Source of the DNA: a virus
Lineage: Duplodnaviria; Caudoviricetes
Length of the DNA: 64,000 nt
Virus record (IMG/VR): IMGVR_UViG_3300011832_000001
Span: 1-64,000 of that record
Strand: one strand, 5' to 3'
Positions 55,593 through 64,000 of the stretch are shown here, in pieces (positions within the stretch are counted from its first letter, which is position 1; every line of letters starts with the position of its first letter). The position numbers and the translations under genes were made by a program. The notes under the pieces are model-generated. The model searched no databases. It was given only the letters and a program-made list of their open reading frames with translations, and was not told the DNA's origin.

Positions 55593-58500
55593 TTAAATTC
55601 CAATTCCATATTTCTTTTGCAACTCTATCATAATCTTCTCAATAATGTCAGGAACATTTGTTGAGTCTGTTACGTTAGGGAATGAAAGTGAAATATCACC
55701 GAATTGGTTTACAGAACCTGCATTTGCAACAACATTAGAAGCACCTGCTGTACTCAAACTAACCATAGATGTTGGGTTAATCATGTTAGGAACTACATCG
55801 ATAGGTGTACTACCTTTGTTTCCATCAGTTGACTTACTAATCTCTGCCAATAGTTTTTCCATATCAGCCAAGTTTCTAAGGATGTTGTTTTGTAGAATAT
55901 TTCCTAGATTTGCAAGAGTATCGCTAATTGATGTTCCTAGATTCTTAAAGTCATCAGGGAATCCTCCAAGTAGTTCTTTGAACGCATCAGAAGCTCCTGA
56001 GTTTAATTTCTCTAGATATTCATTTACAGTTGTGAAGTTTCCTTCCAACATTTCTTTTTGCATTTTGTTCCATTCGATTTGATGGTTTGCAATATCGTCA
56101 TAGTATTTATTGATTGCTTCACGTTTTTCATCTAGAGTTTCATTGAATTTCTCCATTTCATCATCTAGAGCTTCACGTTGAGCTTCTATGCTCTTACGAA
56201 GTTCTTCTAAATACTTGTTCTCTCTTTCAACTGCATCATCGAATTGTTCATTTGCAACATCTCTGCCATCCTCAATTCCTTCAATCTGTTTATCGAAGTC
56301 CCATTCACTTTGTGTTTCAGAAATTTGTTCTTGTAAATCTTTAAGTTCTTTCATCAGTTCTTCTCTACGTTTCTTAGCTTCGAATGAGTCATCTAAAGCC
56401 AAGATGGAGATTTTGTTTTTAAGTTCTGCTTCTTGTTCATACAGTTTAGTCATAGACTTCTGATGATTCTCTGCTTCACGTTCACGGTTCATGCCTTTGA
56501 TTCTATCATCAATCATTTTGTTGTAAGATTCACGTTGTTTTTCTATTGTTTCAATTCGTTTTTGACCTGCTTCTTCTTCTTTCTCAAGTAGTTCATCAAG
56601 TCTTTCAAGTTCTTTTCTATATTCTTTCTCTTTAGCTTTAGAAGCGTCATCAAGGGCTTTTAACTCAGCATCTCGCATAGATTCAAACATATCTTTCATA
56701 GATTCCACAATAGAAGCTGAAACTTCTTTCTGAGCATCTTTCAATGCCTGTTGGTTATCATAGATAGCATCTGTTAAATCTTTAACTGCTTCCTGTGAAT
56801 CAATCCATTTCTGTCTTAATTCCTCATAAGCTTCTGTTCCCCATTTAAGGTTTTTAAGTTGCTTGTAATATTCATCAGACATTTGTTGCTGTAGTTTTAA
56901 TTGAGCTTTAAGAGCCGTATCTTTGTTTCCAATTAAAGGTGTTAACTCGCTAAGGTATTTTAGGTTATCATCTTTATCTATTCTAGAAATAGAAGTATCA
57001 TATGAGCGAAGTCTGTTTGATTGTACTCTCATAGCATCAGCCATACTTCTGTCGAATTCAGCGATTCTTGATTGCACTAATTGTACAGCAACTTCTTTCA
57101 ATTGATTTTCATATTCCTGAACTTTAAGTCTAGATGCTTTAATCATTGCTTGGATTTGTGATTTCTGTTCATAGCTATATCTTCCTGATTTAGCATACTC
57201 TCTTTCAAGATATGCCAATCTGTTTTGTTCTTCTTTTAAAGATGCTCTTGTCATGTTGTTAGATTTGCCCATGTTATCTCTATATAGCTTAGTCCAATTA
57301 GCATAACCCTGAGTTTTTCCTTGATAGAATTGGGCATTTGAATCATTGATTCCTTGACGGTAATCATATAGAGCCATATTCCCATTCAACCAATTGAACC
57401 ACTCAGTATAGATTGCTCTACTTGTTTCTTCCATTTGAACTCTAAGCTCATCAATCTTATCATCTAAGAATGATTTCATAGCTCCTGATAAATCTTTTCT
57501 TCTTCTTTGTTTCATTAAAGCATTCATAGCTTTTTGTTGTTCGTTGAAAGTTGTTCTTGTGGCATTAATGATATTACTTTGAAGTCTATCCCATGCGTTA
57601 CCACCTGTTTGATAAATCTCTTGTAATCCACGTTTTCTCTCAACTACTGCTTGACTTTTAGAAATTCTTCTATCCAAGTCCTCAGCCAATGATTGTAACC
57701 AATCCATCATAAGTTGGTCTAGTTCTGCTTGTTTTTGGTAGATAGCTTGCTGTTGACCTTCAACATCCATTTTAGCATCGTGAAAAGCTTGAGCTGTATT
57801 AGCTTTTTCTTGAGCACCGTCACCTGTATAAGTTCCTGCGCCAACTTGCACTCCACCGCCACCTGTGGTATAATTGAATGTTTTCTGTTTTGTTCTAGCT
57901 TTATTTGCAAATCCTGTAGGGTCTACTAGGTTCTGACCCCAACGACCAAGTTTAGAGCGAACTTCATAGTGAAGGTGAGAACCGTCTCCTCCACCACTAG
58001 CGACTACATTACCTGTATTACCGATGACACCAATTTTTTGACCTACTCCTACTTTTTGTCCTTTCTTAACAGAAATTCCATCCAAGTGAGCATAGATATG
58101 ATAGTAGCTACCTGCTTTGATAACAATTGTCTTACCATACTGAGAAGGAATACCGATAGAATTATTAGCTCCACCTGCATGAACAACTGTTCCATTGACA
58201 TTAGAATCAAGTCTTTGACCTTTATATCCATCGATGTCAACAGCTTCATGTCTACCGTAAGAACGTCTTTGTCCAAACGAAGCTGTTCTTGCTCCACCCC
58301 AACCTTCGGGAACACGGAATCCTGTTCCTATAGTGTCTCCATTGGAGATTTTGACAGTACCGCTAGTAGTACCTTTCTTAATTTGAGAAAGCATAGAACT
58401 TACACCTTTAGTCCAATTGTTATTTAGACCTTTAGGGTCATTTGTAGCACCAACTGTTGGAGCATATTTTTTCTGAATTTGAGCAATTGTTTTTAATCCT

Positions 58501-61500
58501 TGTGAGATATAATTCTTTTGAAGGTTTCTAATCATAGACTCAATACCTTGTTCGATTGAATCAAATGTGAAGAATGTTCTATTTCTAGAATCATACATTC
58601 CACCGACATTGTTTTTAGTTCTTAGAAGATTTGATGTTCCTCGACCTGTTTCCCACTGAGCAATAGCCATAGCCAATGCAGGGTCAACACCATACTTTTT
58701 ACCATACTTAGAGAACATACTTTCAGTTCCTGCTAGTTTTCCACCTAAGACACCTTTGTAGCTAGTATATGAACTAGAAGATGATGAAGAACTCATACCT
58801 GCTGAACTTGTATATCCTGTATCTGAAACACCATAGTTAACAAGTTTTCCTGTTTTGATTTGCTTTTGCATTTCATTTCTTTGGTCAACCATAAGTTTTA
58901 ATTCTTGTTTCAATAACTTAATTCTTGTTTCGATAGTCTTTCTGTAGCCTAAACTATGACTAGCATATCTAGACATTTGTTTATTCATTTTCTCTTGTGT
59001 TGTGTTGATTCTTTCAAGAGCTAATTGATATTTATTAGCTACGAAAGTTGCTCTTTCCATTTCTTTTTCAGCTTTATCCATAGCTTCCTGACGAGCTTCC
59101 GATGCTTCTTGCATCTTCTTATCTGATAATGCTTGACCATCTCTTAATTGAATATTAAATTCAGAAGAAGCTCTAGATTGAAGTTGAGCGACCTTAGCAA
59201 TTTGAGCATCAATATTTCCTGAGACCTCTCTTGCTTGATTGAAAGCCTTTTGACCTCTTACTGCATACTCTTCCCAATTCTCATTATCTGCTTCAATCAT
59301 TTGCTGAGCTGTGTTTACATAAGTTTTAAGAGCTTGAAGCTTAGCATTCATTGCTTCTAGAACCGCACTCGCATTTTCAAGTTCTGTCTTTGTAAGTTTT
59401 TGGCTCGCTGACATAGAAGCATTTGTATATTGCTGTTCAATTTGCCATAGGACATCATGAGCATCTTTAACAGCCATTAGAGCATTTACACGCTTGTACT
59501 GTTCATCTCTTGTGAATCCTTCTGCAATACCCAATTGTTCTGTAACATCTGCCAATTGAAGTCTTTGACTAGCGCTAAGTTCTTCCGCATTGATTAATTC
59601 ATAATACTGTTCAGCCAATTCTTCAAGTTTTAATCTTTGTTCCTGAGTGCCATTAATCATAGTATTCATTAACGCATCATAAAGCTCTCCTTGTTTAACA
59701 GCTCTATCCATAACCTCAGAAGTTATTTCTACCGCATCTGCGTATTCTTGAACCGATTCAACTTGTTCAGGGTCAATTCCTGATGCCTGTAATTTATTAG
59801 CCCAATCCATAGGAATATCATTCATCTTCTCAATTGTGCTAGAAAGAACTTGATATTCAATTTTCTCTTCTTTTGTTGCTTTTTTACTAGATATTTTTTG
59901 TTGCAGTTCTTGTCTTCTCATTATAGCTTGTTTCTTAGCTAAGTCTAGATTTTCTTTCATTGCATTTCTTTCTGCATTTGAAGAAGATAGGAATTTCTCT
60001 GCTGAGAAATCTTCATTGCTAAGAGATGAAATTTGATTGATTATATTCTCAATTAAAGCAGAGTTATCAGCCAAAGCGTTTGTTTTTTCTTTCTCTAAAT
60101 CAAGAGAAGCAAAAGCATTTGCAACGACACTTTGCATATTAGAATCCATTTCTTGATACGCCTGTGAAGTCTGAACTGTATTTACCAATCTTGTTCTAGC
60201 TAGGTTTAATTGTTGGTCTTCAAGATTTTTTCTTCTGTTTTCCAACATAGTAATTTCTGCAATTTGTTGTTTTGTTTCTTTATAAGCTCCCGTAGCCTGT
60301 TTTACATTATCTGAGCTTACTCCCGTAATTCCTGTAGATACCTTTTTATCTCCACTACTACCGTTTTCTTTTCTTGTTTCGTTTCTAAGTTCAATTTCTT
60401 CTTTTTTGTTTCTTTCGATTTCTTTAGTTAAGGCTTTATAAGAATCAGCTAATTCTTCATTTTCTTCCATTTTTTTGTAAAGAGCCATATCTCTAGCTAA
60501 TTCTAATGATGCTTTCATAGCTTCATTATTAGCTAAGATTGCACGACCTTCTGAGTCATGTCCAATTACTAATGAAGGGAATAATTGAGCCAATCTTTCT
60601 TTAGCTTCTGCAAGCTTTTTAGTTTGTTCTGTGCTTAGGTTTTCTTGTTCGCTAAGTTCATAATAAACATCAGTTGCGACTTTTACCTCACCTGCGTTTT
60701 GATTCAATGTTTGAGCCATTGCACCCATAGTGTTGTTGAACTCTTCTACTTTTTGTTTTGCTTCTGAGCTTTTTCTCATTAACCATTCAAATCCGAAGCT
60801 AATAGCACCAAGAGCTATCCCAACACCCAATGCAGATGCTAGACCTGTGAATGCACTTCTAAGACCTGCTAGAGCTAGCGTTGCTCCTTGTGAAGCTTTT
60901 GTCAATTTACCCATAGTTGTTGTTGTTTGTCCTAAGTTATTAGTTGTTTCACGAGAAACGACTAAACCTCCACCCGAAACATTTCCGAATCTAGAAGGAA
61001 GTTCTCTTTGAACATTTGCTTTTTGACCTGTAGCTACAGTTTTAGTTCCACCAACAAGTGTACCTTGAGCTGTGGCTTCCATAGCTTTCATAGTGTTTAG
61101 ATTCTGAACTAAGACACCTTGTGCTCCTTTTAGTTTTGCAATCCACTGACTCGTAAGACCGACAAGACCTGAGAAACTTAAAACTGTCTTATTAGAAATC
61201 TGCCACCAAACAGCTAATAATGCACCAATTGGAGCGATAATTGTAGGAAGTAGCCCAACAGTATCAACTATTTTAGAGAACCCTTTAATTAAGTCTCCTA
61301 CGATTTCAACCGCATTAATAAAAGCAGGTGTCAAGAAAGCATCTCCTAAAACAAGAGACATTTCAGTAAATAGGTTTTTCAATCTATTTTGACGAGCTTC
61401 TAGAGATTTTTGATAGTTGATATTCTCGTTAATTGCAGAACCGTATGAATTCATAGATGCTTCTACAGCACTTACTGCTTCATCTTGTTGTTGCATTAGA

Positions 61501-63893
61501 ATATTGAAACGTGCAATATGGTCACGACCTGCAAGAGCCATAGCCGTATTGTTTTGTTGTTCAGTTGTAAGTGTTCCCCACTTACCTGCGACCTCATCTA
61601 GAATATCTCCAACTTTTAAGAACTCGCCATTCATATCACGAGTTGCTACACCAATAGCTTCAAGAGCGCTTTCGCCACCTGAACTTAAAGTACGAGTGTA
61701 GATTGTTTTCAATGAACGACCGATTGTAGAACCTGCTTCACGAGTAATTTGACCGATAGCTGTAATGTCACCGATTACTTCATTCATCGAAACACCAACA
61801 GATACAGCAGAACCTGCCACTCTTGAAAGACCTTCTGCAAGTTGCTTAGAGCTTATAGAGAATTGGTTATCGACTTCGTTAATCGAGTCAACTACACGAA
61901 TAGCTTGCTCTTCTACAATACCAAAGGCTTTAGTAATAGATGTGATATACTCTGATGATTCAGTTGCATCTAAATCAGAAATGTTATTGAAAATCTGAGA
62001 TGCTTCTGTCATAGCCATCAATCCATCTCCACTGAAACCTTGTTTAGCAAAGTTTGTCATGATGTCAGTAACCTCTTGAATAGTATTACCTAATTCTTGA
62101 GCTTTGTCAATAGCACCCTCTAACATTCCTTCAAAGTTAGTGTCTGCATCAAGTACACGTTTCCATTCTGTCAATGCCTTATCGACATTTAGAATTTCTG
62201 TATACATATTTCTGAATGCATTAATTGTACCATAGATTGCAGTAGTTGCGATACCCCAAGTTGCAGTACGACCAATAGCGATAAGCATTTGTTGCATTTG
62301 ACTTAAATCACGGTTTGATAGACGTTGCATGGCTTCTCCAAGTTTGTTAACATCACCTGTAGCACCATTCATTTGGTATCTTGTAATCTTCCAAGATTTA
62401 TTATGTTTATCCATAGTTTTCGTTGAAAACTCATATACAGTTTGATTTAAATCATTAACCGATTTCTTGAATGAATACAATTGACCTTGTGGAAGAGATT
62501 GAGCGTATTTTTGAGTTGCATTTTGAATAGATGCATCATTACCCAATTGATAACCAACTCTTTGAAGACCCAATGTAGCACTAGCATCTTTTTCACCTGA
62601 TGCAATAGTTGCTCTAGCTTTATCTCTTTCCTGTCTCATCAGACGAAGTTCAGCAGTAACACGCTCTACATCAACAGCAGAAACTTTAGCACCTCTAGAA
62701 AGTCTATCGAAAACATCAACAGAATTTCTCATGCTTACGTTTCCTTCTCGACCAAAAGCTCTAAGTTGCTCTCTTAGAGTTTCGAAGTCTAATTTCATAG
62801 CTCTAAGTTTATTTCCTGCTTTTTCGAAACCATTGTTAAGACCTAATTTTGTGATTTCTTCACTAACGTCTTGGATACTTTCACGAGCTTCATTTCTCTG
62901 TCCTCTACCCATAGCAAATAGGCTTGCATTGTATTTATTGATGTTTTCATCTGTAAGATTACCTACACCTGCAACGGATGCTTGAGACCCATACATTGCT
63001 TGAGCCTTTTTCAAATCATTATATATTTTTATTTTTTGATGAGCGATTTTTTTAAAGTCAGCATACTCTTGTTGTTGAATAGATATTTTCTTTTTGATTT
63101 GATTTATCTCATCAATTGTTCTAGTTTTAGATATTCCTTGATTGAATGAATTCATATCATCTTTGTTAAGTTTACCACTTGTGTAGCTTTGCTCGATAAC
63201 TGCTCTAAGTTGTCTTCTAGCAATTACCAATTCTTTTAATTTTGCTTTTTGATTGTCAAGCTCACGGATAGACCTTGCTGTTGCAACTCTACTATCATCA
63301 GCGCCTTTTTCAACTACAAAATTAAGAGCCTTAGCTTCACCTTTTGCATTCTTTAAGTTTACAGTAAATCTTTGAAGCTCTTTGTTCCCATCAATGAATA
63401 GAGATTGCATATCTAAAGATGCGTTAAATCCTTTGAATTCTTTTTTTACTTTATTCAAAGTATTGTAAGCAACTTCCATATCATCTTTACCCATACCGAT
63501 AAGGTTTTGTAATCCACCTTTATTGCCATTTTTAGATGTGATTGTATTTTGCATACCTGTTTGAAGTTTTGCAACCTCAGCTTTTGCTTTCTTAATATCA
63601 GAAGCAGATACTTTAATCCCAACATCTGCTAAGTTTAATCCTAAGTTTTTAGTCGCTACAGCCCAAGCACTTCTGATTTGGGTTTGATTAAATTTAGCTC
63701 CAACCTTTACCTCAATATTTGGGATAGCTAAAAATCTATCTCTAATTTTTTTAATTAGACCTTTGTCAAGTCTAAAGTTATCGATTGTAACAGTTGCTTT
63801 GATACCATCTTTTAAGAACTGTTTAGGCTTTGCACCCATTTTAATGCTCTCAACGGTAAGCATTACAAAAGTTTGTTCATTTCTTCCGTCCAT
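55593..63893 (-). CDS. Tape measure protein with lysozyme-like and M23 peptidase domains (YomI/CwlP-like)
   Basis: 2766 aa; TP901-type core (INEVDN.F.ISS..LA.GL.R); GVDP.L..AIA..ETG and NNVGG motifs; HEAVD, YAHL and HLHYE motifs. Confidence 0.92.
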   Translation of the reverse strand: MDGRNEQTFVMLTVESIKMGAKPKQFLKDGIKATVTIDNFRLDKGLIKKIRDRFLAIPNIEVKVGAKFNQTQIRSAWAVATKNLGLNLADVGIKVSASDIKKAKAEVAKLQTGMQNTITSKNGNKGGLQNLIGMGKDDMEVAYNTLNKVKKEFKGFNASLDMQSLFIDGNKELQRFTVNLKNAKGEAKALNFVVEKGADDSRVATARSIRELDNQKAKLKELVIARRQLRAVIEQSYTSGKLNKDDMNSFNQGISKTRTIDEINQIKKKISIQQQEYADFKKIAHQKIKIYNDLKKAQAMYGSQASVAGVGNLTDENINKYNASLFAMGRGQRNEARESIQDVSEEITKLGLNNGFEKAGNKLRAMKLDFETLREQLRAFGREGNVSMRNSVDVFDRLSRGAKVSAVDVERVTAELRLMRQERDKARATIASGEKDASATLGLQRVGYQLGNDASIQNATQKYAQSLPQGQLYSFKKSVNDLNQTVYEFSTKTMDKHNKSWKITRYQMNGATGDVNKLGEAMQRLSNRDLSQMQQMLIAIGRTATWGIATTAIYGTINAFRNMYTEILNVDKALTEWKRVLDADTNFEGMLEGAIDKAQELGNTIQEVTDIMTNFAKQGFSGDGLMAMTEASQIFNNISDLDATESSEYITSITKAFGIVEEQAIRVVDSINEVDNQFSISSKQLAEGLSRVAGSAVSVGVSMNEVIGDITAIGQITREAGSTIGRSLKTIYTRTLSSGGESALEAIGVATRDMNGEFLKVGDILDEVAGKWGTLTTEQQNNTAMALAGRDHIARFNILMQQQDEAVSAVEASMNSYGSAINENINYQKSLEARQNRLKNLFTEMSLVLGDAFLTPAFINAVEIVGDLIKGFSKIVDTVGLLPTIIAPIGALLAVWWQISNKTVLSFSGLVGLTSQWIAKLKGAQGVLVQNLNTMKAMEATAQGTLVGGTKTVATGQKANVQRELPSRFGNVSGGGLVVSRETTNNLGQTTTTMGKLTKASQGATLALAGLRSAFTGLASALGVGIALGAISFGFEWLMRKSSEAKQKVEEFNNTMGAMAQTLNQNAGEVKVATDVYYELSEQENLSTEQTKKLAEAKERLAQLFPSLVIGHDSEGRAILANNEAMKASLELARDMALYKKMEENEELADSYKALTKEIERNKKEEIELRNETRKENGSSGDKKVSTGITGVSSDNVKQATGAYKETKQQIAEITMLENRRKNLEDQQLNLARTRLVNTVQTSQAYQEMDSNMQSVVANAFASLDLEKEKTNALADNSALIENIINQISSLSNEDFSAEKFLSSSNAERNAMKENLDLAKKQAIMRRQELQQKISSKKATKEEKIEYQVLSSTIEKMNDIPMDWANKLQASGIDPEQVESVQEYADAVEITSEVMDRAVKQGELYDALMNTMINGTQEQRLKLEELAEQYYELINAEELSASQRLQLADVTEQLGIAEGFTRDEQYKRVNALMAVKDAHDVLWQIEQQYTNASMSASQKLTKTELENASAVLEAMNAKLQALKTYVNTAQQMIEADNENWEEYAVRGQKAFNQAREVSGNIDAQIAKVAQLQSRASSEFNIQLRDGQALSDKKMQEASEARQEAMDKAEKEMERATFVANKYQLALERINTTQEKMNKQMSRYASHSLGYRKTIETRIKLLKQELKLMVDQRNEMQKQIKTGKLVNYGVSDTGYTSSAGMSSSSSSSSYTSYKGVLGGKLAGTESMFSKYGKKYGVDPALAMAIAQWETGRGTSNLLRTKNNVGGMYDSRNRTFFTFDSIEQGIESMIRNLQKNYISQGLKTIAQIQKKYAPTVGATNDPKGLNNNWTKGVSSMLSQIKKGTTSGTVKISNGDTIGTGFRVPEGWGGARTASFGQRRSYGRHEAVDIDGYKGQRLDSNVNGTVVHAGGANNSIGIPSQYGKTIVIKAGSYYHIYAHLDGISVKKGQKVGVGQKIGVIGNTGNVVASGGGDGSHLHYEVRSKLGRWGQNLVDPTGFANKARTKQKTFNYTTGGGGVQVGAGTYTGDGAQEKANTAQAFHDAKMDVEGQQQAIYQKQAELDQLMMDWLQSLAEDLDRRISKSQAVVERKRGLQEIYQTGGNAWDRLQSNIINATRTTFNEQQKAMNALMKQRRRKDLSGAMKSFLDDKIDELRVQMEETSRAIYTEWFNWLNGNMALYDYRQGINDSNAQFYQGKTQGYANWTKLYRDNMGKSNNMTRASLKEEQNRLAYLEREYAKSGRYSYEQKSQIQAMIKASRLKVQEYENQLKEVAVQLVQSRIAEFDRSMADAMRVQSNRLRSYDTSISRIDKDDNLKYLSELTPLIGNKDTALKAQLKLQQQMSDEYYKQLKNLKWGTEAYEELRQKWIDSQEAVKDLTDAIYDNQQALKDAQKEVSASIVESMKDMFESMRDAELKALDDASKAKEKEYRKELERLDELLEKEEEAGQKRIETIEKQRESYNKMIDDRIKGMNREREAENHQKSMTKLYEQEAELKNKISILALDDSFEAKKRREELMKELKDLQEQISETQSEWDFDKQIEGIEDGRDVANEQFDDAVERENKYLEELRKSIEAQREALDDEMEKFNETLDEKREAINKYYDDIANHQIEWNKMQKEMLEGNFTTVNEYLEKLNSGASDAFKELLGGFPDDFKNLGTSISDTLANLGNILQNNILRNLADMEKLLAEISKSTDGNKGSTPIDVVPNMINPTSMVSLSTAGASNVVANAGSVNQFGDISLSFPNVTDSTNVPDIIEKIMIELQKKYGIGI

Positions 63894-63921
63894 TTATTTC
63901 CCTTCCTTTCCTTTTTTATAC

Positions 63922-63959
63922 AAAAAAAATGGGGTATAACTAGTTTTAGTTATACCCCG
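63922..63959 (-). terminator. Intrinsic terminator immediately upstream of the tape measure gene
   Basis: Minus strand GGGGTATAACTA-AAAC-TAGTTATACCCC followed by ATTTTTTTT. Confidence 0.85.
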
Positions 63960-64000
63960 TATGTGTTTATAAATTACCAATATGGAACTCCCATAGAATA

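Noticed and set aside
44389-62985. Many plus-strand short ORFs within tail genes, and minus-strand ORFs within early genes
   Set aside because: They are antisense or alternate-frame shadows of long genes without convincing RBSs.
1-64000. Genome-wide TAG reassignment (genetic code 15)
   Set aside because: Long early and late genes are intact under code 11; only one in-frame TAG was seen.
1-64000. tRNA genes, integrase, arbitrium genes, reverse transcriptase/DGR
   Set aside because: No cloverleaf/T-loop signature or matching protein motifs seen; intergenic spaces are short and mostly explained.

Overview
AT-rich 64 kb segment of a large siphovirus infecting a Bacillota host. Its replication and tail modules follow the SPbeta-like gene order. 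Plus strand, 1-40.8 kb: an early region of small genes, many with their own sigma-A consensus promoter, including a SprT protease, an M20/M28 peptidase, IDEAL-domain proteins and an HD hydrolase. Next comes replication (SSB-like, Sak4-like AAA ATPase, DnaB helicase, primase, RecJ, DnaE-type polymerase), then nucleotide metabolism (RNR alpha/beta, flavodoxin, redoxin, DHFR, dUTPase, ThyA, TK), plus a Mom-like GNAT, ClpP-like, HNH and PcfJ-like genes. Minus strand, 40.9-63.9 kb: tape measure with two cell-wall hydrolase domains, distal tail, Tal, two fibre/spike proteins and a five-gene lysis cassette. Main observations: (1) an output-less 2-TM Cache/PDC-like receptor inside the lysis cassette, next to a holin with a Ca-binding-like loop; (2) the only TAG stop among about 75 genes lies in frame between a secreted coiled coil and a 3D domain, suggesting programmed amber readthrough; (3) an unannotated 44-aa ArfA/BrfA-like ribosome-rescue peptide; (4) site purging (GCNGC, GGNCC, GATC, non-palindromic CCAG/CTGG) so complete that I found no Ala-Ala or Gly-Pro in the proteome; (5) terminator hairpins that carry the -35 box of the next promoter; (6) a candidate structured RNA between the two lytic enzymes. 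All calls come from reading the sequence by eye; no searches or counts were run.
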